Origin: Lama guanicoe | Lineage: Eukaryota | DNA: 64,000 bases | Assembly: GCA_013239625.1 (NCBI GenBank) | Contig: MU053881.1 | Span: forward strand, 4,299,957 to 4,363,956 | Direction: 5' to 3' | Part shown: in pieces, positions 1 through 9,954 of the stretch | How the letters are laid out: every line of letters begins with the position of its first letter | How positions within the stretch are numbered: the stretch's first letter is position 1 | The notes under the pieces: model-generated | Database searches by the model: none | Seen by the model: the letters and a program-made list of their open reading frames with translations, nothing else | What the model was told of the DNA's origin: nothing | Program-made: the position numbers and the translations under genes

Positions 1-1303
1 TCAAATTTAATCAAGTAATTCATATCAACTCAAAATGGTATTTTTTTTTGCCAAAAATTAATTCAAAAGAATAATTGTTTAAAACACACATATACACACA
101 TACAAAGAACTGCATTCATTTAAGTAAGCACCACAGTACTCAGGTCACTAACTTCTCATATTTTTCAAAACCCAACTAGGAATTTCTTGTCATAAAGATT
201 TTTTTTTAAATCACATATGACTTTCAAATCACCCCAATGCTTGCTCTCAGCTCCCCACCCCCCAACCGCTCCCTCTCTCTCTTCTCTCTTTCACACACAC
301 AAATACACACACTCTCCTAAAAATGATGGGGACAGTGAGCAGAAATGAACAACCTAGTTTCTCATTCTACCATGTTTGAGGCAGGTATATTGACTCATCT
401 TTTTTCCATCCTCAGCATAATAGACAACAATTCTAAGGGAAGAGTTAGCTTCTAACGATACCTTTTAGCATCAATCTTAGTCTATTATTATTTCATAAAC
501 CAGCTTAATCTCTAAGAAACCATCTGATTGAAAAAAATTACATGTCAAGCACATTCCATTAGCTCCATAAAATATCAGTAATGTGCATATATGTGGTTTA
601 TTCACTTTCTGAGATTTTTATTTTTCCCAAAGCAAACCTTTATCAAAAATCAATAAACTAAGAATGCAAAACAAACTATGAGGTCACATATTCATTCTGT
701 CAGTTTATAGTAGCAAAAGAAAAGAAAAGTATTTTCAATTCTGAGCCAATCTTAATCTAGTTAAAATGTCGGGAATGCCATCTTGGATTTTTTAAGTTAG
801 CAATACATAAATAATTCATAAAAGTTACTTTTGCATTAAATTTCCTCTAAATTTATGTTCAAAGGAATATCAAAACCAACTTTTTAAAAATAGATTTCAT
901 GGGACTGCCAACGTCTTAAACAGCCTTCTACCTGACCACTAAGACACGATAATTGCTCTCTTCAGTTTGAGTAAAAACCCTTTCTAAAAACAAGAGCCAA
1001 AAGCTTCTTTATACCTGGGCAAAAAATTATTTTAAAAAATCTAAAACTGGATTTCACCAAATATTTTAAGATACATCCTAACCATTCTACCTGAATCCTT
1101 AGAGAGCGATTTAATTCCTTGGAATGACATGGGGTTCTATTAGCAAACTTCCCCTTCCTCTGAGCAAATTATTAATTAAAACAGATAATTCTACTGGTGC
1201 TGACATCATATTTGGAGACACCGCACCTATTTTGAAATCTGTTTTAGTTCTTGCAGAATGATCTTTAAATTAACCCTCTAGATGTATGTAGCACGTATGT
1301 TTG

Positions 1304-1364
1304 TGTACACATGTATATAGAAATGTACACATGTCTATAGACATGTACACATGTCTACAGACAT
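1304..1364. repeat. ~3 copies of a 20-bp tandem unit (tgtacacatgtctatagaca)
   Basis: Period 20 is visible; contains the 18-bp palindrome ACATGTCTATAGACATGT at 1329-1346. Confidence 0.85.
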
Positions 1365-1387
1365 AGCTTTTAATCTTTGCTTTTTAA

Positions 1388-1520
1388 CCTAGAGTTTGTA
1401 TTCTTATCAGTTATGTGCTTTGGGGCAAGTTATTATACCTTTCTGATACTCAACTTCCTCATCTGTAAAATGGGGATAATATTAGAACTTACCTTGTAGG
1501 GTTCGTTGTAAAAACTGATT
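1388..1520 (+). mobile_element. MIR SINE fragment
   Basis: Core ggcaagttatt...ttcctcatctgtaaaatggggataat. Confidence 0.8.
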
Positions 1521-2533
1521 CAACGTTACCTTATTACCCATCTAAATTTCCTAAAAACATATAAATGACCATACGCTAAAGTATACAAATTCAGTGGGGC
1601 ATCTGATCTCAATTAACTATGAAATTCCCTTTATCTCACATCTATCAACTAGACTTGGCTGCTCATTAAAATCAAAAACATCAAACAATGTGACTCCTGC
1701 AGCATAAGGCTACACTGGTGGCAAGCAAGACAAGTGATCTTTGCCTGGATCTATTTTTAGGAATGGCTGAATTATCTACACCCCTAGCGTTAACACTGGA
1801 AAATAAACAAACGGGTGAAAGACATCATAAAAGAGTCACTCTGAGATCAACAGCTTCACAGTATTCAAAAATACATAGGGATGACGAAAACATTTAGATC
1901 TTCTCTCTAGCAATCCTTACTGCCACAAAGCAGAATTTGCAAAAAGGTTTATGAGGAACTGCCGGTTTGTGGAATTCTGACTGTTCAGACTGCGTGGTTC
2001 AGAGGGGTTTCAGGTTTAAAATATAACCAGTGAGAAAACTGTCATTCAATAATTGATTTTCAGGGATTCACTACCTTACAATGGAGAAAAATTAAGTGTT
2101 TTGGTTATACACTTATGGATATAGATAGAAAATGCCCATCAGCTGCCACAGTGAAATATATTTATATCTATATATTATTTATTCTCACTAAAATAAGTAG
2201 GGAAAAATCAACCCCGAGTCTCTTGTCAAGCTAGACAGAGATTATGGTTAATAATTATGACATCACTAGCTACCTGGTATTCATAATTATGCCAATTTAT
2301 ACAATTATCTATGGGAAGATAATAATTAGAAATTTACCCCTCAAAAAAAACAGCTGAATATTTTGTTCCAAATTACACTCCTCTCCTGCCAAAATAACAT
2401 CTAGTAATTAACTCATTTTCAAGAAGAGCTCTGATATGAATACGAACAATTCAGACTCTCGTAGTTACACAGTTATTACACCATGCCATTTCCTTATTCA
2501 TCTTAATCTAATAATGGAACATAATAATCTTAC

Positions 2534-3658
2534 CGGAAAAGGAAAAATGTTGTCAGCCCTGTTCAAGCTATCTTCCATCCAGGATTTAGGAGCAAAAGCA
2601 GAGCTGGGGCGAGTGTACTTCTGGAGCTGAATATGATTGCTTGCAAAATTTTTCTTCAAAGGCGAGATGGAGTTCAGGGGCGTTATTCCTCCATTCAGCC
2701 CTCTGCGGTGATCTCGGCCTTGGGAACCTCCCCAGCCACCATATCCACCACCTCCTGGGCTCCAGGAAGAAGACGGTGTAGGAGAGGGACTCTGGTAGCT
2801 GCTCCATGGAGAAGGGGGCTTGTTAAGATTATTCGCCAAATGAGGCAGCTGGTTAAAAGCAGCATTTCTATGTGTGAAAGGTGGGGGATGGGGACTGGCA
2901 GGAGACCTCCTTTGCTGCTGATGCTGGCTGTGATGATGCTGGAAATGAGGGTGATGAGGGTGGTGCTGGGAGAGAGGCCCGATCTGAGGAGAGAAGCTGC
3001 CTCCGAAGCCAGGGCTGACATGATGGGGAAAATTTTGAAACAACAGAGCACCGTTATTAGCCGAAGCAGCTGGGACCCCTCCCTGGTGAAAGAAACTTGC
3101 ATCTTCACTGATGATTGTAGAGGAAGAAGGCGCTATTGCTGCTGACCAGTTACTGAAACCAGTAAGAGACGATGCACTGGATGTCAAGGGTTGGGTCGAA
3201 GTACCTAGCCCCGTGGCTTCTTGATAATCAAACCCTGTCAACACTGGTGATTCGATTCTTATTTTGTCCTTCCCATTGCCATTTTCTGAAGAATTATCCC
3301 CTTGATTTTCTTCAGATTTTGCCTTCTCAGTTTCAGGCAGTATTCCAGCTTCCTGACCTGGACTTGGGGAGAGCTGCTGCTTTTCTAAAGGGTCTTGCTG
3401 TTCCTGCTGCTGACTTTTTGCTTTTTCTGACCCCAAGATCTCATCCTGAATGTTATGGGTAGCTGGAGCAGGAAAGAGCCAAGCTGACCCGGCGCTGCTG
3501 CCATTGGCAGCTGTGTTATTATTTATAAAAGCAGCAGGGCTGGGGGTGGCATTTTGGTGATGGTGTGGAGGCTGCAGATGTGGATGGAATCTGACTGGAA
3601 AAGCAGATTTATTCCCAGTATTGCTTTGCACTAGCACTCCAAACCCGTAATCCCCCAT
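2534..3658 (-). CDS. CPEB4: CPEB4 first coding exon (aa 1-375, N-terminal low-complexity/disordered domain); gene continues beyond the window start
   Basis: Translation MGDYGFGVLVQSNTGNKSAFPVRFHPHLQPPHHHQ...DNIFPFP matches the recalled mammalian CPEB4 N-terminus. 1125 nt, ending at the phase-0 donor CCG|GTAAGA. The last 11 aa of the 386-aa ORF are intronic read-through. Confidence 0.97.
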
Positions 3659-4204
3659 TTATTATTTTTAGGCTCAGAATCTTACAATAAAAATCTTACA
3701 GTAAAAAACAACAAGCCTTTGTATCTTCTACCCCAAATTTAAGTTGCTTGTTTGAAATGTCTTAGTTTTAGCTAGCTCAAAGATCGCAGCTTATCACCCT
3801 AAATAGTTCAGATTTGGAATTCTGGTCTCTGAAATTAAAAAAAAAAAAAAAACCTAAAAAAAAATCTTAAAACATTGACACGAATCCAAGTGGGCTTATT
3901 TCTAGGAGGGACTAAAAACGAAGAGGGTAAAAAATCAAGTCTTTGGTTAGTAAAATAGGCGCTTTCTTTTTCCAAAGGAAAACGTACATGAATGACAAAA
4001 ACACAGCTTCTCAAGCATCTATGGATGTAGAAGAATAAGCACTGCGCAGAGTAAAAATATATATATATATATAATTTAACAATCACATATGGTCTTCTTC
4101 AGCAGTTTAGATTTACTCACATAAAAATTAGAATAGGGCTAAGTGGAGAATACGTTCTTTTCTTGGCAGCTTGGTTAAAAAAATCAGGAATAATTTAAGA
4201 ACAT

Positions 4205-4236
4205 TATATATTATATATTTATATATATATATATAT
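4205..4236. repeat. Imperfect (TA)n microsatellite; a second (TA)n lies at ~4057-4073
   Basis: Seen directly. Confidence 0.85.
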
Positions 4237-4850
4237 GTAGATAGATTATATTAGGTTATCTGGGGTGGGAGGCGAATTCCTGGTTGCGGGAGAGGAAATC
4301 AGCATTGACTAATGGAAAGATGGTTGCAGGGAGGTTTCTGCTGTTCCTGGTCCTGTTTCTGCTCTTTCACGGGGTGCAGCTTTGGCCGCTGGGGCTGTTC
4401 CTGAAGCTCTGGGTGCAGATCTTGCTGCGGTCTCTGTTCCTGGGCTCCCCCCGGCCTCCTCTCCCCCATGAAATGGGTTGGAAACACCCGTTTCTCCCTC
4501 TTGGGGGTGCCGCGGTCAGGAGGGATTAGCGAGACTCGACGAGGACGAGCTGGCGGCCCGGGGGTGCGGGGACCAAGGGGCTGACCTGGAAGGTCCTGCG
4601 GTTTCGGCCTCTTCCCCTCTCTGCGGCTCCGGGGTTTTTTTCCCTCATGGGACCCAGGGGCGGTTTGTTCAGTTCTCTCAGTTCGATTCTCCGCAGGAGG
4701 AGGGGGAAGAGGAAAAAAAGGAAAAACCCACTAGGGTGCTTATCCTAAAAGAGAAGGGCCTCCCCCCTTTACTCTCTCTTTTTTTTCCCCCCAGATTTTT
4801 TTTTTAAAGTATAATTTAGAAGGCTTTTGTTTCTCCTCACGGTTGCCGGG

Positions 4851-4874
4851 CCGCCGCCGCCGCCGCCGCCGCCG
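4851..4874. repeat. (CCG)8 / (CGG)8 trinucleotide repeat in the 5' leader
   Basis: ccgccgccgccgccgccgccgccg read directly. Confidence 0.95.
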
Positions 4875-4970
4875 TCGCTTTACCCCGGTCCCGCAGTCCC
4901 CGCTGTCGTTGTGGCGGACTCCGCCCGGTTCTTCTTCTTTTCTCCTTCCTCCTCTTCTTTCTCTGCTGTC

Positions 4971-5003
4971 GCCGCTGCTACCGCCGCCGCCGCCGCCACC
5001 GCC
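4971..5003. repeat. Interrupted (GCC)n repeat in the 5' leader
   Basis: gccgctgctaccgccgccgccgccgccaccgcc. Confidence 0.85.
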
Positions 5004-6889
5004 TCCCGGTGCCCGGGTCCCGCAGCCGCGGCTGAGTCCTTCTCCTCAGGACCGAGCCGAGTGAAATGACAACCAGCTGGAAAGACCAAGAGACACTTCC
5101 GGTTCGAAGAGGGAGGCGTGGGGTTGGGCAGACACCCCGCCCACCTGCCGAAAGACCAATCAGCTGTTAGAATTCAGATGAGGCCACGCCTCTTGGCTAA
5201 GGTCCCCTCCCAGGAAGGTCGAAAAGTTACCTCGAGGGACGCCCCTTCCGTCTGCGCCTAGCCCAGTGAGGCCTGGAGCCTGGAACCCGCTTCCCCACCG
5301 AGAGGAGCGCAGCGGGTCGCCATCTTTAGTGTGGGCAAAGGACTCTTGCGCTGTTTATCTTGCCTAACCAGGATCCGCAAGAGGAGCATACAGGCACGCG
5401 CGGAAGAAAACCGATTCCTCTAGCACCATAGGAAAGAGTCCAGGTGTGGGAGATACGAGTGGCGATCCGCGGAAGCGTGGAGGAATCGGAGGACTGACCA
5501 TAGTAAACGTGGTTCCCTAGGCATCACGTGCTTCGGCCCGAGCTCCGCCCCAGAGGGATCTGGAAGGGGAGGCGGGGCTTCCCAGCAGCTGTGCTGTGCC
5601 TAGAACTGCGTATGTACTCGTTCCGACTGTAGACCTCACGCGGGACACTCCCTTCACCTTCCATCCCCCCACCCCCACTCCTCCTGCTTGGTGTAGGCTC
5701 CTGTCTGGCGCAGTCTCTCAGGCACAAAAGATACAGTTGCTGTAGGCATACGTGCCTCAGCCCTCATCCTCATCCGGTTCTAGTCCACCCTAACCGCCTA
5801 TCAGAGGGACATTTCCAAAACGAGAATCTTATCATGGTCCTCGCCTGCTCAGATCTATCTATGGCTCCCCACTACCTCCTTGAAAAAGACTAAATTTTCA
5901 GTCGAGTAGTCAAGTCTTTAACCCTCTGGGGGCAGTATGTTTTAAGACCTCCTCTCCCTCCAAACGCTCCACAGCAAGCTGTTCCAAATATAATCTTCAG
6001 TGCTTTTTGCTTTTCCTCTCCTTTCTTCTCCACCTGGTGGACTCCTGTTTAGTTCTAGAAATCCGCTCAAAAGCTACCAACTCTGTCATCTGAATTCCCT
6101 TTTATGAACCTCTCCTGCTTGTTTATCATCCTCTAATGATTACTTATTGTCTCCTGGACCTGTGGTCAACTGTGGGCTCTTTGAGGAGAGGACCTGGTAG
6201 ACAGGCGTCATCAGTGAATGAAGGCTGAAGAAATGAGTGAACACTTCAACTACAGTGAAGTCTTTCCTGAATGACAGTCCCCTTTCCAAGTCTGAATTAT
6301 TTCATTCCTCATGCCGTTTGGTTTGGAGCTCACATCTCTCAGACTTTCATCATTTAGGGTATTTGTTTGTTGCTCAGGGGCTCCATGTCTTATTCATATT
6401 TGTACATTTCCTCCACCATGAGCACCAGCAGGACCTAGGGTAATGGCTTGCTCTCAGCACAAACTCTAAAGATGTTGAATAAGTGAGTGTTTTCCTTGAG
6501 TGGGAAATGAGAAATGAAAATGAAAAGGAGAAATCAGAGTCGAGCCCAAGGGATTATGGCAAGAGTAGGAAAAAGAGAGAGAGAGAGCAAGAAAGAAATC
6601 GAAGACTTTTAAGAAGAATCTATGAACAAAGGTGGCTTCCATTTCATTTCCATAGCCTTTCCTCAGGGCCCCAAGTTCTGCTGCCTCAGTTTCTCAATCC
6701 TCCCACACTTCCCCATAGAATATCTCTTTGGGATCTTAGTCAGTGATTTTATTGTCTTTCCTTGTATCATGAGTATGAGTCTAGTCTCTGCAACTGCACT
6801 TTGAGTACCTTGAGTGTTAGGGATTGGGTCTTACTCGCTGTTAATTTGCCACAGCCGGACATACCTTGAGACTTAGCTCATTCGGTTAG

Positions 6890-7095
6890 GTGACATTTCC
6901 TCCAGGAATGGTTCCCTGACTGCTCCTTTCTCTAGCTTCTTGTAGATTCATCTTATTTAGTTACTGCTGGTTGTCAGTGACTTAGTTTTTTTGAGGGCAG
7001 AGGTTGTGTCTGATTTATCTTTGTGTTCCCAGTGGCCAGCAGAGGGTCTGGCACAGAGCAGACTCAGGACATGTTTATTAAATGAATGAATGAAC
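6890..7095 (+). mobile_element. L2 LINE 3' end
   Basis: ctggcacagagcag...tttattaaatgaatgaatgaa, typical L2 terminus. Confidence 0.7.
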
Positions 7096-7189
7096 TTTCA
7101 GTGCCCAGTGGATGGTTGAGAGTCCTTTGGAGCTACTAATTCTCAGTGCCCTAAAATGGCTGCCAAGCTTGAAGGAAAGAGGGCTGTCT

Positions 7190-7385
7190 TTAGAGCCAAA
7201 CAGGGAATTTGAATCCCAGCTCTGTTCCTTCCTGATCGTAGAGGCCTGGACATCACCTCTACAAGCCCCTGGTTCCTCATAGATAAGAGGTGAATGATAT
7301 TTCCTCCCTGGCTCAGAGATGGTAAATTACATGAGATACATGTGAAGGGCTGGGCTCATAGGAGGTTTTCAAAAATGTCAGTTCC
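7190..7385 (+). mobile_element. MIR SINE, diverged
   Basis: ttgaatcccagctctg...ttcctcat...gatacatgtgaagggc. Confidence 0.6.
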
Positions 7386-8289
7386 TTATTAACATAGTAA
7401 GTGCAGAGAACTACTTCACAAGTGTCTTTTGTCTAGAAGCTGCATGCATCAGTGAATCCAGGAACCTGTGTTGGTTTGTAGAGGGAGAGGGTACACTAGA
7501 GCCACAGTCAGGGTGCTGCCAGGTCAGCCTGATCTCTTAAGGCTAAATCAGGCATCCGCAGTAGGTTTGGGCTGGGCTGAAGTTCAGGTTGTCACCGGAG
7601 ACATCAGCTCCTGGTTAGGGACTAGGAACATGGGAGAAGGAAGAGGAAAGCAATTCTCTTGAGTCAGTTGCCTGACTCTGAAAGCCAGGATATCCATCTC
7701 TGAGCTGCCCTCCTGGAAAACATTCTGGCCTGAGAAACAGTCCCAGGTAACCATGACAACAATTCGGCAGCTCCATTTAGGATTTCCAAAGAGATGAACA
7801 GTTGCACATGAGTGTTGGCTTGAACACTCTGCTGGCAGAAGAGAGCCCCTCCCGTGAAGCAGCCTCACTGGGAAGCTTTCAGGTTGCTGAGAAAGCAGTC
7901 TCTCCCCGAACGTTAAGGTGCTACCAGATATATATATATATTTTTTTTTTAATTAAAAAAAGGTTTTTAAACTCTCCCTCCCCATCCAGCGAGGGCTGAC
8001 ACACCTTTAGAGAAGTCGTAGGCTAGTGAATGGACCCTGCTGGCTACTGCCCAGCCCCCTCTGGGGTTTGAGGTCAACCATAACCCAAACTCGGAGCCTC
8101 CCAGGAAACAGGGCCTTCACCAGCCTCTTTTAAAGCTTAGCAGGGGGTATAAATCTCACCCCATAATCACACAGAGTGAACTCTGCACCGCACTTGCTAA
8201 CGTCCACCACTGCGCTTGAAGCATCCATTGACTGCTCCCAACAGCACACACCCAAGCTCCCCAGGGGCCTATCTGATGACTTCAGCAAT

Positions 8290-8398
8290 CAGGGCCACCA
8301 CCTAAGGTTGCCCAGGTTGTGCACAGTGCAACTCCATAAGGCACCACTTACCATGATGTAAAAGCCACCCCCTGGAGTTGCACCATGCAACGGCTCTG
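8290..8398. mobile_element. MER91-like hAT-Tip100 MITE
   Basis: cagggcc...aggttgtgcacagtgcaactcc...ccccctggagttgcac...ggctctg, quasi-palindromic. Confidence 0.6.
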
Positions 8399-9954
8399 CT
8401 TTGGTTCATTTCCGTCAGCCACAGAGGCACATTATGGAAATATGACACTCATACAAAAAGCCACCAGATACTACCATAAATTACCTGAGCTCATGCTCAT
8501 CACATGCAGAAATATGTAAAGCAGTTGATATTTTTAGATTTGGTGGCTCAGGGACTTTCTGTAATGGAACTGAAGGACACAGTGTCCTTGGTGTTGTTTT
8601 GGGTCCTGAGCTGTAGTGAGAAGACAAGTCTGGGCAAGTATATGGTCCAGTCCCCTAAGAGATTAATACCCAGCAGTTACTTTGCCTAGCAGCGCTAGTA
8701 AGCATTCTAATGTAGTGGTGGAATACGTATGTTACTGAAACTAAAATAATAATAATATTAAAAGGCAGGTCCTGCAAAGGCAGAGGAAGAGAGAATCGTA
8801 GAATTACTTTAGGAATATCCTCTTTTCCAAGGGCACCTGGAAGTTCACTCCCAGAAGGCAAACTGTACAGAAATAGAACCAAGTTCTGAAAGCAGATTCT
8901 ATTAAACTCCGTCTCTGATCTTTACCCTGTTTTGGTATTGGGAAGTGTGCATGTTTACTTAGAAAGCACCGTTGTTGTTTTTTTCTTACAGTCAATTGCT
9001 GGGTTACATTATCCCCTTTTGTTTGTTGTTTTGTAACCTGCACAAGCCCTCTGCATTTTCAATTCCTGCTTTCCCATGTAAGGTATCATCATTCACATGG
9101 AGCCCATAGTTAACAACCCATTTTGGTGGGGAGAGGTGAAGACAGTTCTTCTAATGTGTCGCTCCTGAACAAAAGGTTTGGAAAAGTCCAAGACAGAGAC
9201 ACCGCCACTTGAAATTGCCATATTCCTGGCAACGATTTAGGTGAGCTGGAACAGAGAGGGATGACCTTCCAAACTGTGACTGGCATCACATGCGAAGACT
9301 TGGATTCTTTTGCGGCCCCAGCCACCTATGTGGATGGGCTGTTGACCTAGATTACCCCTGGCTGTTTTAATTGGACACACTTCACTTCCCTGTATCAAAA
9401 CCGTGGCCGGGCTGCCAAACAGCTGCCATCTCACCCTCAGTGGCTAGACTGGAGGATTTTCACCTGTGATGCTGGAAAAATAATAGCTTTTCAGAGCTTG
9501 CAGGGAAGCTGCAGAGTCCAGAGGTCAGAGAGCTGGGAGTCAGAGACCAAAATTCTAGCCCCAACATAGCCTTAAACTCACAGGCGCTGGTCCAGTTTGT
9601 TTGATGATTACCTTTCAGACAGAATTTTTACTACCAAAGGAGTTTCACTCTGGAGCCCTTAAGGGCTCAAAAGGGTCAAAGAAAGTCATCTATATATATA
9701 TTTAAAAAATTACTAAAGCTGATCCTTTCATTTTATGTCCAAATTTCTTGCTTCCCAATTCTCAGAGTATATATATTTTAAGAACAATTACAAGAGTTAA
9801 TTCGTAAGCATCCAACCTGAAACTTTAGCATGCTTCAGTCCTCATAGGAGCCCATCAAATGCAAATTCCCAGGCACTGCCCCCCAAGATATTCTGATTAT
9901 GTAAGTTTTCTCACAGTGTTTCCTCATAAAGTTATAAGGTACAGAGATTTTCTG

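Larger units (their letters stand above)
1..2533 (-). other. CPEB4: CPEB4 intron 1 (5' part)
   Basis: Starts with GTAAGA (plus strand tcttac, 2528-2533); AT-rich, no further exon recognised. Confidence 0.9.
3659..5080 (-). other. CPEB4: Long CPEB4 5' UTR with multiple uORFs (5' end approximate)
   Basis: Lies between the main ATG and the promoter motifs. uAUGs at 4648, 4469, 4305, 4204, 4122, 4088, 4018, 3989 and 3875. CPEB4 is known to have a long uORF-containing leader. Confidence 0.8.
4480..5660. promoter_or_regulatory. CpG island / TATA-less CPEB4 promoter
   Basis: High GC and CpG density. ETS ACTTCCGG 5095-5102, GC box CCCCGCCC 5135-5142, NF-Y GACCAATCAG with CCAAT at 5156-5160, YY1-like CGCCATCTT 5318-5326, E-box CACGTG 5525-5530. 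Confidence 0.85.

Noticed and set aside
2498..2533. Last 11 codons of the 386-aa ORF as normal CDS
   Set aside because: They lie past a strong GTAAGA donor at the point where similarity to CPEB4 ends.
2633..3145. 170-aa antisense ORF and 137-aa alternative-frame ORF over CPEB4 exon 1
   Set aside because: Expected shadow frames of a GC-rich low-complexity exon; no recognisable protein.
3687..3840. CPE-like UUUUUAU / UUUUAAU motifs in the leader (autoregulation)
   Set aside because: CPEs act in 3' UTRs, and these are expected by chance in U-rich sequence.
4827..5089. Poly-Pro, poly-Arg and poly-Ala ORFs
   Set aside because: Translations of the CCG repeats, all with non-ATG starts.
5156..5188. 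Possible ERSE (CCAAT...CCACG)
   Set aside because: Spacer is 23 nt rather than the required 9.
8363..8380. CTCF-like motif in the MER91 fossil (also ccctctgggggcag at ~5922)
   Set aside because: Several mismatches at core positions; cannot be supported without a PWM scan or ChIP.
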